DNA of 64,000 nucleotides from a virus: IMG/VR virus record IMGVR_UViG_3300045988_108826, one strand, 5' to 3'. This document shows positions 25,576-34,342 of this stretch, piece after piece (position 1 is the stretch's first letter; every line of letters begins with the position of its first letter). The notes under the pieces were generated by a model that ran no database searches, had not been told where the DNA came from, and saw nothing but the letters and a program-made list of their open reading frames with translations. The translations under genes were made by a program, and so were the position numbers.

Positions 25576-25873
25576 ATATCAATACAATTTAAATCGTTTA
25601 TTTACTTTTTTATTTACGTTTTAAGCCACTTTCATACGTAAATAGTATAAATATATCACAAACGTATGAAAGTTGAAATTTGTGGTTTATTTTAAGCCTA
25701 CAATATCAATAATAATATCTTTATAAATTTTTGCCCAATGATATGCTAATTTGCTTGCATATTCTAAAGTAAGTTTAGCAGATGGAGTTTTAACTTATAT
25801 TTTGTACCATCTTGTAAGGTTAACTCAAAGTATTTATATTTTTCTGTTTTCATATATATAGTTGTTTGTATTA

Positions 25874-26263
25874 TTAATAAATCTTATAAGGCGTATAATC
25901 AATATTATTTGCTTTTGCTATTTCTTCAGTTTTTCCCTCGATAGCTTTATAAGATATTGCAATAATAAAGTATATTCTTTCGTTATGTTCTTGCAATCTG
26001 TTCACGTTGAAATTAAAGTTTTCAAAATTTAGTTTATCAGCATACAAACCGTATTTTTGCACATATAACAGTTTATTATTTGCCCAATTTTCCATAACTT
26101 TAATATAGTTATTGTTTGCGTTCTTCTTTAAAGCCCAAACGCAAAAACCGTCTTGAATACTTTTGTATGCTTCTTTTCTTGTTAGCAAATTATATTTTTT
26201 AGATGCTTTTTCGTTTAATAATATATTTGTAGCTTCTAGTTTAATCTGATATAAATCTTTCAT
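25874..26263 (-). CDS. Hypothetical protein
   Basis: A 129-aa ORF. Confidence 0.65.
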   Translation of the reverse strand: MKDLYQIKLEATNILLNEKASKKYNLLTRKEAYKSIQDGFCVWALKKNANNNYIKVMENWANNKLLYVQKYGLYADKLNFENFNFNVNRLQEHNERIYFIIAISYKAIEGKTEEIAKANNIDYTPYKIY

Positions 26264-26420
26264 AATAGTATTTTTTTTAGGTTATTTATAAATTATTTTA
26301 GCCTTGTATTCAGGTTCATATCATCTATTTATCAGAAAAGCATTTAAGCCTGAAATATTATATCCTTTGGCTTTTTTCGTGCATTCTCTTAAATAGTTTG
26401 CATCCGCTTCAAAGTGCATA

Positions 26421-26759
26421 TTATCTTAAGTAGTACACAATAATATTATGAACACTTTCTCCGTCTGCATCGGGGGATATTTCATACATATATATCACAT
26501 TTTCAGTTAGTCTATAGTACGACTTTTCCCCTTTTTGGTCAAAGTATAACCATGAATCATTAGAGAACCTCAGCGCATTTGTCTGTACTTTTGTGACTTT
26601 TCTAAATTCCATTTGCGAAAAATCAGGCTTAAATATTTCAATAGCTTCACTGGTTTTAGTGTGAAGTTCCTGCTTCGAAAAACATGCACCGATTAAAGCC
26701 GATTCTTTCGATGTCAATAAAGAAATAAATTCCTTTTTAGTGATTTTTGTAGCTTTCAT
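26421..26759 (-). CDS. Hypothetical protein
   Basis: A 112-aa ORF. Confidence 0.65.
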   Translation of the reverse strand: MKATKITKKEFISLLTSKESALIGACFSKQELHTKTSEAIEIFKPDFSQMEFRKVTKVQTNALRFSNDSWLYFDQKGEKSYYRLTENVIYMYEISPDADGESVHNIIVYYLR

Positions 26760-26848
26760 AAGTCAATAATTTTGTAAGTTAAAAAATTGTGCGCACCCTG
26801 ATAAATTGAATCAGGTTAAAAAGCCTATCTTTGTGCGCTAACCGTGTG

Positions 26849-27235
26849 TTACTCTTCTTCTGTTTCTTCTTCCGGTAGTTTTTCTTCCAGTTCATCTAAC
26901 ACTTCCGAAATAGATTGATTCAGCAGATAGCATCGTATTGTGACGTCACAACTTTCCGCACTTTCAATAATATCGGCTAAATCTGTGTTGAACTCGTTAC
27001 AAGCTTCTTTTAATAAATCCATGTTGTGACAAATATTTTCTTCCGCTTGCCACGCGTTAAAAGTATAGCTACCTGAAGCGTTGCCCGTTACCGAATCATT
27101 TACCCAAAGTTCGTCGTATAATCTTTGTTCGAACTCTTCTCTATCATTTTTCAACTCTTCGATATAGTTATATTCGTTAACAACTACATTTTTAACATCT
27201 TCTTTGACTGCTGAATAATAATCGTATCTTTCCAT
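26849..27235 (-). CDS. Highly acidic small protein
   Basis: I counted 35 Asp/Glu in 128 aa, and the C-terminus is EEETEEE. Confidence 0.65.
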   Translation of the reverse strand: MERYDYYSAVKEDVKNVVVNEYNYIEELKNDREEFEQRLYDELWVNDSVTGNASGSYTFNAWQAEENICHNMDLLKEACNEFNTDLADIIESAESCDVTIRCYLLNQSISEVLDELEEKLPEEETEEE

Positions 27236-27267
27236 AATATAATATTGTTAATTGTTAGTAACTTTCT

Positions 27268-27486
27268 TTATTTGTTGATTCTTTCTTTAGTTGTAAAGAA
27301 CTTTAAAACCGAAAATGCGCCGTCACTGTATAGTGCAATAGACTTTATTTTTGCGCTTGAATACAATAGCTTAAAAGCAGATTCAGGCAAAGCAACAGAG
27401 CACACAAGAAAACTTTTTCCGTTCTCTTTAATTTCAGTAAAACCACCTTTTTTGGTAAAAGTCTTAACTACATATACATTTGTCAT
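27268..27486 (-). CDS. Small hypothetical protein
   Basis: A 72-aa ORF. Confidence 0.6.
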   Translation of the reverse strand: MTNVYVVKTFTKKGGFTEIKENGKSFLVCSVALPESAFKLLYSSAKIKSIALYSDGAFSVLKFFTTKERINK

Positions 27487-27632
27487 GATTGAAGCTTTTT
27501 ATAGTTAACAGATAACAACACACTTGCAATAACCAGTAAAGACAAGCATACAAGTAATGTAACTTTGTCTTTCGACATACAGCCGACAACTGGTAAGAAT
27601 ATAGCGGATAGCATTAATATGTGAGTTCTCAT
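27483..27632 (-). CDS. Small membrane or lipoprotein-like ORF (49 aa, below the ORF-track cutoff)
   Basis: MRTHILMLSAIFLPVVGC is followed by a second hydrophobic segment. There is an ATGA overlap with the next gene. Confidence 0.45.
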   Translation of the reverse strand: MRTHILMLSAIFLPVVGCMSKDKVTLLVCLSLLVIASVLLSVNYKKLQS

Positions 27633-27636
27633 AGGG

Positions 27637-27873
27637 CTATTTATTTAATTTGTTCAAACATTCTACAGCATCCCAACTTTCAAGCATAAAATCACAACCG
27701 TTCCATGTGTTAGAATTAATATCCTTGTACAAATTACTACATTTCACACGAACAACACAACCAGCGTTGAATACTGATACATGAAAGTAAATGTACTCTT
27801 TACTTGTATTCTTAATTCTCTTAATCTGCTTTTCTGAAAGTTCAGAAAGAACTTCTTTTACCATATCTTTCAT
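27637..27873 (-). CDS. Small hypothetical protein
   Basis: A 78-aa ORF. Confidence 0.6.
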   Translation of the reverse strand: MKDMVKEVLSELSEKQIKRIKNTSKEYIYFHVSVFNAGCVVRVKCSNLYKDINSNTWNGCDFMLESWDAVECLNKLNK

Positions 27874-28015
27874 AAGACTAATATTTAATTGTGAATACTC
27901 TTTTGTTTACTCTGCATTTTCACGGGCTTGTAACCGCCTAATAGGCTGCATTAAACAACAACAAAGAATTAATATAAATATCATACTACATTAACTCTTT
28001 GTTGCACAATATATA

Positions 28016-28219
28016 TTAATCCGTTATTTTCTCAAAGAAAATAGGATTTTCTCGCGTAACGAAATTATTTGTAATTAATATTTCGCTTTCTTCTGTTTCG
28101 GTTCTTTCCTTAACATAGACGTTTGTAGCTATATTGTTAGAATAGTTATTATTTCCGAATAGTATAATAGCGTCATCGTCTACATTTTCAAGAATCTCAA
28201 TTAATTCTCTTTTTGTCAT
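28016..28219 (-). CDS. Small hypothetical protein (first gene of the leftward block)
   Basis: A 67-aa ORF. Confidence 0.6.
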   Translation of the reverse strand: MTKRELIEILENVDDDAIILFGNNNYSNNIATNVYVKERTETEESEILITNNFVTRENPIFFEKITD

Positions 28220-28436
28220 ATACTTTGCATTTAATACGTGAATAACTAAGAAAAAGGTTTAATTTTAAACGCAAATACTATTCATATTTGCCGCGCTCAC
28301 TTTGCGCCTGCCTACCTTACCCGCTGACATTGCGACGGCTTTATACGTTTTCGAAACGTTGGCGTTAATTAATCATAACGCTTAGCAATCTTAACTTTGT
28401 CACTTACTCGAAGCATCTCCGTTTTTGATTACACTA

Positions 28437-28467
28437 CAAAGGTACGAATAATATTTATATCTACAAA
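28437..28467 (-). promoter_or_regulatory. Leftward Bacteroides-type promoter
   Basis: On the minus strand, TACCTTTG (28444-28437) and TTTG (28467-28464) are separated by a 19-nt spacer. The -33 box lies inside the palindrome TACAAATATATTTGTA (28462-28477). Confidence 0.55.
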
Positions 28468-28880
28468 TATATTTGTAAAATATTTCTCAGAGATCTGTGT
28501 TTTTAACATTTGTTTAAAGAGGACTTGTATAATATACTGTGGAATGTAATGTAATAGTATATTATATTAGTATAATAAGTATGTATGTAGGAATATCCTT
28601 TATATATGTATATTGTTTGTATTTTTACGAACAAAGAAATATTAGTTAAATGTTTGACTATTGTATAAACAACTAAAATAAATATAAAAACAAAGTTGTA
28701 ATTATTACAAGTTTACAAAAATAGGAATATATAAAACGTTGTTTGTGAAATTAAATAAGAAATGAGTAAAGTATAAAATTGTAATGAATACAAAAAGTAA
28801 AATATATCAATAATAAATAATTTATAAAAGTATAAAAAGTAAATACTTGTATTAATACTTAATACTTAATAAATACAAAC
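28445..28880. other. Extremely AT-rich spacer between the divergent blocks (candidate origin or control region)
   Basis: There are no ORFs here. The stretch contains short palindromes (TTGTAATTATTACAA) and AATACTT-type reiterations. Confidence 0.3.
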
Positions 28881-28957
28881 AGCGAAAAAGCGAAATGAAC
28901 GAAGAACCGGCAACTGAATAATGATTCGGAACTTTGCGAATTTTCTTTACACAAGCG

Positions 28958-29045
28958 CTTTCTATTGGAAAATATTTCTTGTGTAAACTTTTTATCAGGC
29001 TTGAAACTTTATGTTGACAAATTACTTTCCATTGGAAAATATCTG
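28958..29045 (+). repeat. Two copies of a 21-nt direct repeat, CTTTCyATTGGAAAATATyT
   Basis: The copies lie at 28958-28978 and 29025-29045. Confidence 0.6.
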
Positions 29046-29383
29046 CAAGCAAACGATACGTTCGTATTGTTTATTTGCAGCCAATGTTAGACGTGTTCTT
29101 TCTTCGTGCTGATATATTGTATCACTTTGTTTGCGTTCGTTGAATCTAGCGCAAATAAACATGTTTAGACGGGGTATTCCTTTGTACCCTTGAATCGTAC
29201 CCGAAAGATACCCCCTAGCGGGGCGGGTGCTGATTTTTACCCTCAGAGCGGGAGTTAGGGAATCCGAAAATTTTTATTATAAAAAAATATACACTTTTCC
29301 TATAAATTCTAAAAATATAGATTCTGAAAAAATTTTTTTCCCAAAATTTACCCTATAAACATTGGTTTTCTCAATTTTCTCAC

Positions 29384-29391
29384 TATCTTTG
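29384..29391 (+). promoter_or_regulatory. TATCTTTG -7 box (rightward promoter)
   Basis: Matches TAnnTTTG perfectly, with ATTG 19 nt upstream. Confidence 0.45.
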
Positions 29392-29411
29392 CATCAAGAA
29401 TAAGGCTATAC

Positions 29412-29520
29412 TTCTAAAATTTGCTTTCTTATAAGCCGATTTTTCCGATTTTCTTTTGAAATTGGTACAAGTTATAGTCTTATCCTCTAAAAATTGAAAA
29501 TTTACGTTTCACTAAAATTA
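29412..29520 (+). repeat. Duplicated leader region, copy 1
   Basis: ATAAGCcGATTTTTCCGATTTTCTTTTGAA...ACGTTTCACTAAAATTA aligns with 30652-30756. Confidence 0.6.
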
Positions 29521-29526
29521 ATTTGT

Positions 29527-30144
29527 ATGGAATTTAAGAATGTTATTTTTAACGAAGACTGTCTTCTTACCATGAAAAGAATGAAAGAAGAGGGTGTAAA
29601 TGTTGATTTGATAGTTACAAGTCCTCCGTATAACACAGGTAGGAACTTGAAAAGCGAAAGGGCGAGAAATAATCACGAAGGGAGGTATGATGAGTATTCT
29701 GAATCAAAGACAAATGATGAATATGATTCTTTTACCGTTGATTTATTTAACGGATATGATGGGATATTAAAGGAAAATGGAGTTGTTTTGTATAATATTA
29801 GCTATGGCACTGAAAATCCTACACAGATGTGGACTTGTATAGCTGATGTTTGCAGAAAGACTAACTTTATGATAGCTGATTGTATTGTATGGAAGAAAAG
29901 CTCTGCTTTACCCAACAATGTTAGTCCTAACAAGCTGACAAGGATTTGCGAGTTTGTGTTTGTCTTGTGTAAAAAGACAGATTACATGAGTTATTTTATG
30001 AACAAACAAATTTCATCTTTGAGAGAAGATACTGGGCAGCGTTTGTATAAAAACGTATTCAATTACATAGAAGCTGCAAACAATGATGGGGTAAATCCTC
30101 TTAACAAGGCACAAGAAGTACATTGCTGTCAACCCTATAAGTGA
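29527..30144 (+). CDS. N4/N6 DNA methyltransferase, N-terminal part only (no AdoMet motif I)
   Basis: Contains DLIVTSPPYNTG (motif IV) and IVWKK. The ORF stops after NPLNKAQEV, and no FxGxG motif appears in any downstream frame. The tracked start at 29494 is TTG. Confidence 0.7.
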   Translation: MEFKNVIFNEDCLLTMKRMKEEGVNVDLIVTSPPYNTGRNLKSERARNNHEGRYDEYSESKTNDEYDSFTVDLFNGYDGILKENGVVLYNISYGTENPTQMWTCIADVCRKTNFMIADCIVWKKSSALPNNVSPNKLTRICEFVFVLCKKTDYMSYFMNKQISSLREDTGQRLYKNVFNYIEAANNDGVNPLNKAQEVHCCQPYK

Positions 30145-30163
30145 TATTCCCGAAGAAAACGGA

Positions 30164-30346
30164 ATGTTCTGTCCTCCTAACTGTGATATTTACCGAATGA
30201 CTACGGGTGAATTTATAAAAACCGTGGATTATCCGAAAGAAAAAGTCTTTGCTATCTGCAATTATGTACCGAATTGGCATGGTGAGAATAGCATGGAGAT
30301 TGTGAGAAAGAATTTTAAGAATTGTTACACATTTTATCCTGATTGA
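30164..30346 (+). CDS. Small ORF downstream of the methyltransferase break
   Basis: A 60-aa ORF. Its frame is open from 30095. Confidence 0.4.
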   Translation: MFCPPNCDIYRMTTGEFIKTVDYPKEKVFAICNYVPNWHGENSMEIVRKNFKNCYTFYPD

Positions 30347-30349
30347 TTT

Positions 30350-30646
30350 ATGAAAATCCGAGAATTAGAGAAAGAGTTTGTAAAGAAGGGTGTAAAGTAC
30401 ACTCAGATTGAGAAGAACGATGTTTATATTTTGTACAGATGCGAATGTTTGGAATACCACGATGTCTACTATGAAGTATTCAGACTGAAGTTAGTTCCTC
30501 CTCATCCATACGATACAGGTGGCTATGACATGGTTGAGGCTTATCCGTCAAATGAGAACTTCGGATGCAATTCTTGGTGCTGTTCTGACATAGATTCCTT
30601 GAAAAAGGTTATGAAGAAGCAGTTTGATATAGATTATAAGGCTTAA
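30350..30646 (+). CDS. Hypothetical protein
   Basis: A 98-aa ORF. Confidence 0.65.
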   Translation: MKIRELEKEFVKKGVKYTQIEKNDVYILYRCECLEYHDVYYEVFRLKLVPPHPYDTGGYDMVEAYPSNENFGCNSWCCSDIDSLKKVMKKQFDIDYKA

Positions 30647-30651
30647 TTTCT

Positions 30652-30756
30652 TAAATTTACTGTTAGATAAGCGTGATTTTTCGATTTTCTTTCTTTGAAT
30701 GATAACTTGTATAGATTAGTCGGAGAAAGTTCATAAATTGCGTTTATCTAAAATTA
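30652..30756 (+). repeat. Duplicated leader region, copy 2
   Basis: ATAAGCGTGATTTTTCGATTTTCTTTCTTTGAA...GCGTTTATCTAAAATTA. Confidence 0.6.
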
Positions 30757-30790
30757 TTATAATTTAGTTGTAGATTTGAAACTTTATACT

Positions 30791-30798
30791 TAAATTTG
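30791..30798 (+). promoter_or_regulatory. TAAATTTG -7 box
   Basis: Lies 27 nt upstream of the ATG at 30825. Confidence 0.45.
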
Positions 30799-30824
30799 TG
30801 GTGTTAAATTAAAAACATAGAATT

Positions 30825-31100
30825 ATGAAATATTCAGAAACAGGTAATTTTACAAAAGAACAAATTCGACTTGCTAAGAATATAGCAAGAAACATTAAGA
30901 AACTAAGTGATACTGGTTGCGTTATATTTGGTAAACAAAATACCTTGTTGGTATATCTTGATGAAGATTTTGAACATGCAACCACAGAAATAACCCAATC
31001 AGACGGTTATAGGTTGAATAATTTAGAATGTGGCGACTTGCATGATAGCGGAGCGGACGATGAAGAGTTTTTTGAAGAAGGATATATTACGGAGGACTAA
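30825..31100 (+). CDS. Small acidic hypothetical protein
   Basis: A 91-aa ORF. Confidence 0.65.
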   Translation: MKYSETGNFTKEQIRLAKNIARNIKKLSDTGCVIFGKQNTLLVYLDEDFEHATTEITQSDGYRLNNLECGDLHDSGADDEEFFEEGYITED

Positions 31101-31102
31101 CT

Positions 31103-31306
31103 ATGCTTAGGGGAAGAACAATGCACGTTTATAGCCGTGACGGAGATATTTACTATGGCAATGTAATGTTTCGGAATATAAAGCCAATGACAGAAGAAGA
31201 ATATGACAAGTTTATAAAGGAAACTTTAGAAGAGCATTTTCCTAATTTAAAAGAAAAACGATATTGTATAATATGGAGGGATAATTATGGCAAAGAAAGA
31301 ATTTAA
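31103..31306 (+). CDS. Small hypothetical protein
   Basis: A 67-aa ORF. Confidence 0.6.
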   Translation: MLRGRTMHVYSRDGDIYYGNVMFRNIKPMTEEEYDKFIKETLEEHFPNLKEKRYCIIWRDNYGKERI

Positions 31307-31499
31307 AATAGGAGAAGTGTTTCAGTGCGGATTGGTGAAGCTGAAATGTGAGAAATACAAAATAAATGGAAAAGGGATTTCTTGTAATGATTGTTACTTC
31401 GAATGGGAATGCAAGGATATGGCAGGAGAATGTAGCGCAGGAAGCCGTGAAGATAAAACAGATGTTATTTTTGTAAAAGTGGAGGATACAGAAGAATAA
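31287..31499 (+). CDS. Small Cys-rich protein, paralog of 20547..20747
   Basis: KEFKIGEVFQCGLVKLKC...CNDC...CKDMAGECSAGSREDKTDVIFVKVE. Confidence 0.65.
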   Translation: MAKKEFKIGEVFQCGLVKLKCEKYKINGKGISCNDCYFEWECKDMAGECSAGSREDKTDVIFVKVEDTEE

Positions 31500-31504
31500 A
31501 ATAT

Positions 31505-31705
31505 ATGGTAGTAGAAACAGAAAGACTGGTTAGTGTAAGAGAGTATGCCGACTACAAGGGAGTTTCCCTGACGGCAGTCTACAAGTGGATTGACAAAGGA
31601 GAAGTAAGAGGTGTCAAGATTGGAATTTTTAACTTTGTAATGCTTGAATTGGATGAGGCAAAGAAGATTAAGGAAAGGAAAGTATCAGCCTGTTTCAAAG
31701 GTTGA
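31505..31705 (+). CDS. Excisionase/MerR-like HTH DNA-binding protein
   Basis: VSVREYADYKGVSLTAVYKWIDKGEVRGVKIG. Confidence 0.6.
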   Translation: MVVETERLVSVREYADYKGVSLTAVYKWIDKGEVRGVKIGIFNFVMLELDEAKKIKERKVSACFKG

Positions 31706-31774
31706 ATACGTTGTTCAGGATTGTCCTATTTTGGGAAAGAAAATTGTTGTACATTATTTAGATAACGAAAAGAA

Positions 31775-32878
31775 ATGAATATCAGAGTTAATAAGTCGGA
31801 ATTTGTAAAAGGTCTTTTAGTAGGAGGCTCTTTTGCTGGCAGAACAAAGTTTTTGCCTATTTTAGATTGTGTAAAGATTAAGGTTAAGAACGGAAGCATG
31901 GTTATTGTTTCTTCTGACAATGAAAATGCTATCAGCAAGCGTATATTCGGTGTAGAATCGGACGGTGAGGTTTCATTCTGTGCAGGTTATAAAAGCCTTC
32001 TGTCTTACGTGAAGCTTATAAAGAGTGAATTTATAGACTTGGTGGTTGACGATGAGGTCAAGAATTTGGAGGTCAAGCATGATAAGGGAAGTGTAAGTTT
32101 GCCTCTTTCTGATGCTTCTGAATTTCCTTCGATGCAGCCTGATGAAAATGCGGTATGTATCAGCATGGATAGTGCTTTGCTGAACAACTGGATTGTAGAC
32201 GGTCAGGTATTTGTTGGCAATGATGAGTTACATCCAGTAATGGGGGCTATCTATTTCTATTGCGACAAGGGAGAATTGGGAGTATGTTCTTCTGACGGTC
32301 ACTACATGTTTACGGATTTTGTAAGTTCGGAACTTGAAGATTTCAACTTTATGCTTAACAAGGGAGCATTTAAAGCCGTATGTGACGTATGTAAGGACTC
32401 TGATATTGTGAAAGTAAGTATTGGTACTAAGAACATCAAGTTTTCTTCGGACGATTGTTCTGTTTTGGTGAGAACCATTGAATCAAAATATCCAAATTTC
32501 AAGTCCGTTTTCCCGAAAAACAATCCTATAAACGCAAAATTGTTGAAAAAAGACCTTGTTGATGCAATTAACAGATGCAAACTTGGTGCAAGTCAGACTA
32601 CTTGTCTTGTCAAACTGAATATTTCAGGCATGAACTTGGAAGTCAGTGCGCAGGATTTGGATTTCAACATCAAATCTGTTGAAAATATGCTTGTTGAGGC
32701 TAACGGAAGCATTGTTATCGGCTTCCATGCAGAGAAATTGCTTGCAGTATTGGGTTGTATAGGCACGGAATACGTAAATATTGAGCTTTCCGAATCTTCA
32801 AGGGCGGGATTGTTCAAGGAAGATGATGAAAACAGTCATAAACTGTTGCTTCTGATGCCTATGCTTCTGAACGATTAA
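31775..32878 (+). CDS. dnaN: DNA polymerase III beta sliding clamp
   Basis: At 367 aa it has the right size, and the N-terminus (MNIRVNKSEFVKGLLVGGSFAGRTKFLPILDCVKIKVKNGSMVIVSSDNENAI) follows the clamp pattern. Confidence 0.8.
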   Translation: MNIRVNKSEFVKGLLVGGSFAGRTKFLPILDCVKIKVKNGSMVIVSSDNENAISKRIFGVESDGEVSFCAGYKSLLSYVKLIKSEFIDLVVDDEVKNLEVKHDKGSVSLPLSDASEFPSMQPDENAVCISMDSALLNNWIVDGQVFVGNDELHPVMGAIYFYCDKGELGVCSSDGHYMFTDFVSSELEDFNFMLNKGAFKAVCDVCKDSDIVKVSIGTKNIKFSSDDCSVLVRTIESKYPNFKSVFPKNNPINAKLLKKDLVDAINRCKLGASQTTCLVKLNISGMNLEVSAQDLDFNIKSVENMLVEANGSIVIGFHAEKLLAVLGCIGTEYVNIELSESSRAGLFKEDDENSHKLLLLMPMLLND

Positions 32879-32896
32879 AAATATTTTGGTATTTTA

Positions 32897-32927
32897 TTTG
32901 TTTTTACTTTATAAATACCTATATTTG
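32897..32927 (+). promoter_or_regulatory. Bacteroides-type promoter
   Basis: TTTG (32897-32900), a 19-nt spacer, then TATATTTG (32920-32927). Confidence 0.55.
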
Positions 32928-33022
32928 CAGTGTAGAATTGCTTTGTTAATAACAAATCCTTGTCGGTTGGATGGTTAAACCGTCATTTTTATTGAAAATT
33001 GGTTTAAACATTTAAACTTTGT

Positions 33023-33823
33023 ATGATTATGGAACAGAAATTAGTAAAAGTGCCGTTTGAGGTAGAAATGGCAAAGAAAATTACAAACGGTGAGATAGAA
33101 GGTAGAATATTTGATGATTATTATAAATGCTCTGTAAGAATAGTGGATTTTAATTTTCTTAGCAGTAAAGGGAAATTCAATGTCGCTATTTCAGAGAGGG
33201 GGGAAGGAAAAGAGGTTTATTCAGTATTTAACGATGAGGGTATTATCTATTTAGACAGAGAAGATAAATTAGATAAAAACCCTGTATTTATGCTTGAAAT
33301 CCCCGAATACATGACTTTTAAAGATGGGGATGTTGTAGCGTGCGGATGGGAAGAACATAACGAAAGCAGTAGTTGGATAAGTATTATAAAATCTGTAAAT
33401 ACTTCTGCTGATGGTGTACGTACAAGTGACTATGTAATATTAATAACAAAAAGCAATAGCAATACAGATGGGGTTATAAAGTATGACAGTTATACTACTT
33501 CGGGAGAATGGATAAGAAAAGCTACCGAAGAAGAAAAACAAACACTCATTGATGCACTTAAAGAAAGTAAAGAACCTAAAGCCAAAGAATACTTGAAGCA
33601 TTTCTTTAATATTGAAGTAAAGCCGGAATGTAAATTTAAAGCAGGACAACCTGTAATTGGGATTGACGGAAGAGGTGAATGGAGATACGATTTATTTAGC
33701 CATTATAAACCTGAATATCGTAACGGGAATTATGTATGTTCTGCAAGAAGTTATAGCACGTGTTTACCTTACAACGAAAATACCGCCCATCTAATAGGCA
33801 CAACAGGAGGATGGGAGGAATGA
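33023..33823 (+). CDS. Hypothetical protein
   Basis: A 266-aa ORF. Confidence 0.7.
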   Translation: MIMEQKLVKVPFEVEMAKKITNGEIEGRIFDDYYKCSVRIVDFNFLSSKGKFNVAISERGEGKEVYSVFNDEGIIYLDREDKLDKNPVFMLEIPEYMTFKDGDVVACGWEEHNESSSWISIIKSVNTSADGVRTSDYVILITKSNSNTDGVIKYDSYTTSGEWIRKATEEEKQTLIDALKESKEPKAKEYLKHFFNIEVKPECKFKAGQPVIGIDGRGEWRYDLFSHYKPEYRNGNYVCSARSYSTCLPYNENTAHLIGTTGGWEE

Positions 33824-33824
33824 T

Positions 33825-34331
33825 ATGGGAACAAATTATTACAGAATGAAAACTATCTCAAAAGAGGATAGAGAAAAATTGCACAAGAAACTTGATGAAG
33901 TTTTGGATGTTAGAGGCGGGGATTATATACTTACGGAAGAACTTGAAGAGATTAAAAACAAAAGTGAAGTGCATATCTGTAAATCCTCTTGTGGATGGCA
34001 AGTAAACTTCGACCATAACTGGGGAAAGTATTATCAGCCGAACAGAAAATCACTTGAAGCATTTTTATCCGAACCAAACACATGGATTGAGGATGAGTAC
34101 GCAGAGAAAATATCCTATGATGATTTTTGGAAGTTTGTAAAGGAGCATAATGAACATCCTCGGAATAGATGGACTTCAAAGAGTTATAGAGAGGAAAGCG
34201 GATACGATGACTCTTGTTATTGTAAAAAAGATATTTTAAGATGCAAGGAGTTATTCGGTATAGATGCTGGCAAAGAAACTGACTTTGAAGTAGACAGTCT
34301 TAGGTTTGCGGTGTTTAGTGATTTTATTTAA
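33825..34331 (+). CDS. Hypothetical protein
   Basis: A 168-aa ORF. Confidence 0.7.
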   Translation: MGTNYYRMKTISKEDREKLHKKLDEVLDVRGGDYILTEELEEIKNKSEVHICKSSCGWQVNFDHNWGKYYQPNRKSLEAFLSEPNTWIEDEYAEKISYDDFWKFVKEHNEHPRNRWTSKSYREESGYDDSCYCKKDILRCKELFGIDAGKETDFEVDSLRFAVFSDFI

Positions 34332-34342
34332 AGATGTAAGTT

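Noticed and set aside
28958-29045. The direct repeats as a mini CRISPR array.
   Set aside because: There are only two imperfect copies, no cas genes, and the repeats are AT-rich and non-palindromic.
28852-29052. A 66-aa minus-strand ORF in the divergent control region.
   Set aside because: It has a non-ATG start, spans the direct repeats, has no neighbours in phase, and its composition is atypical.
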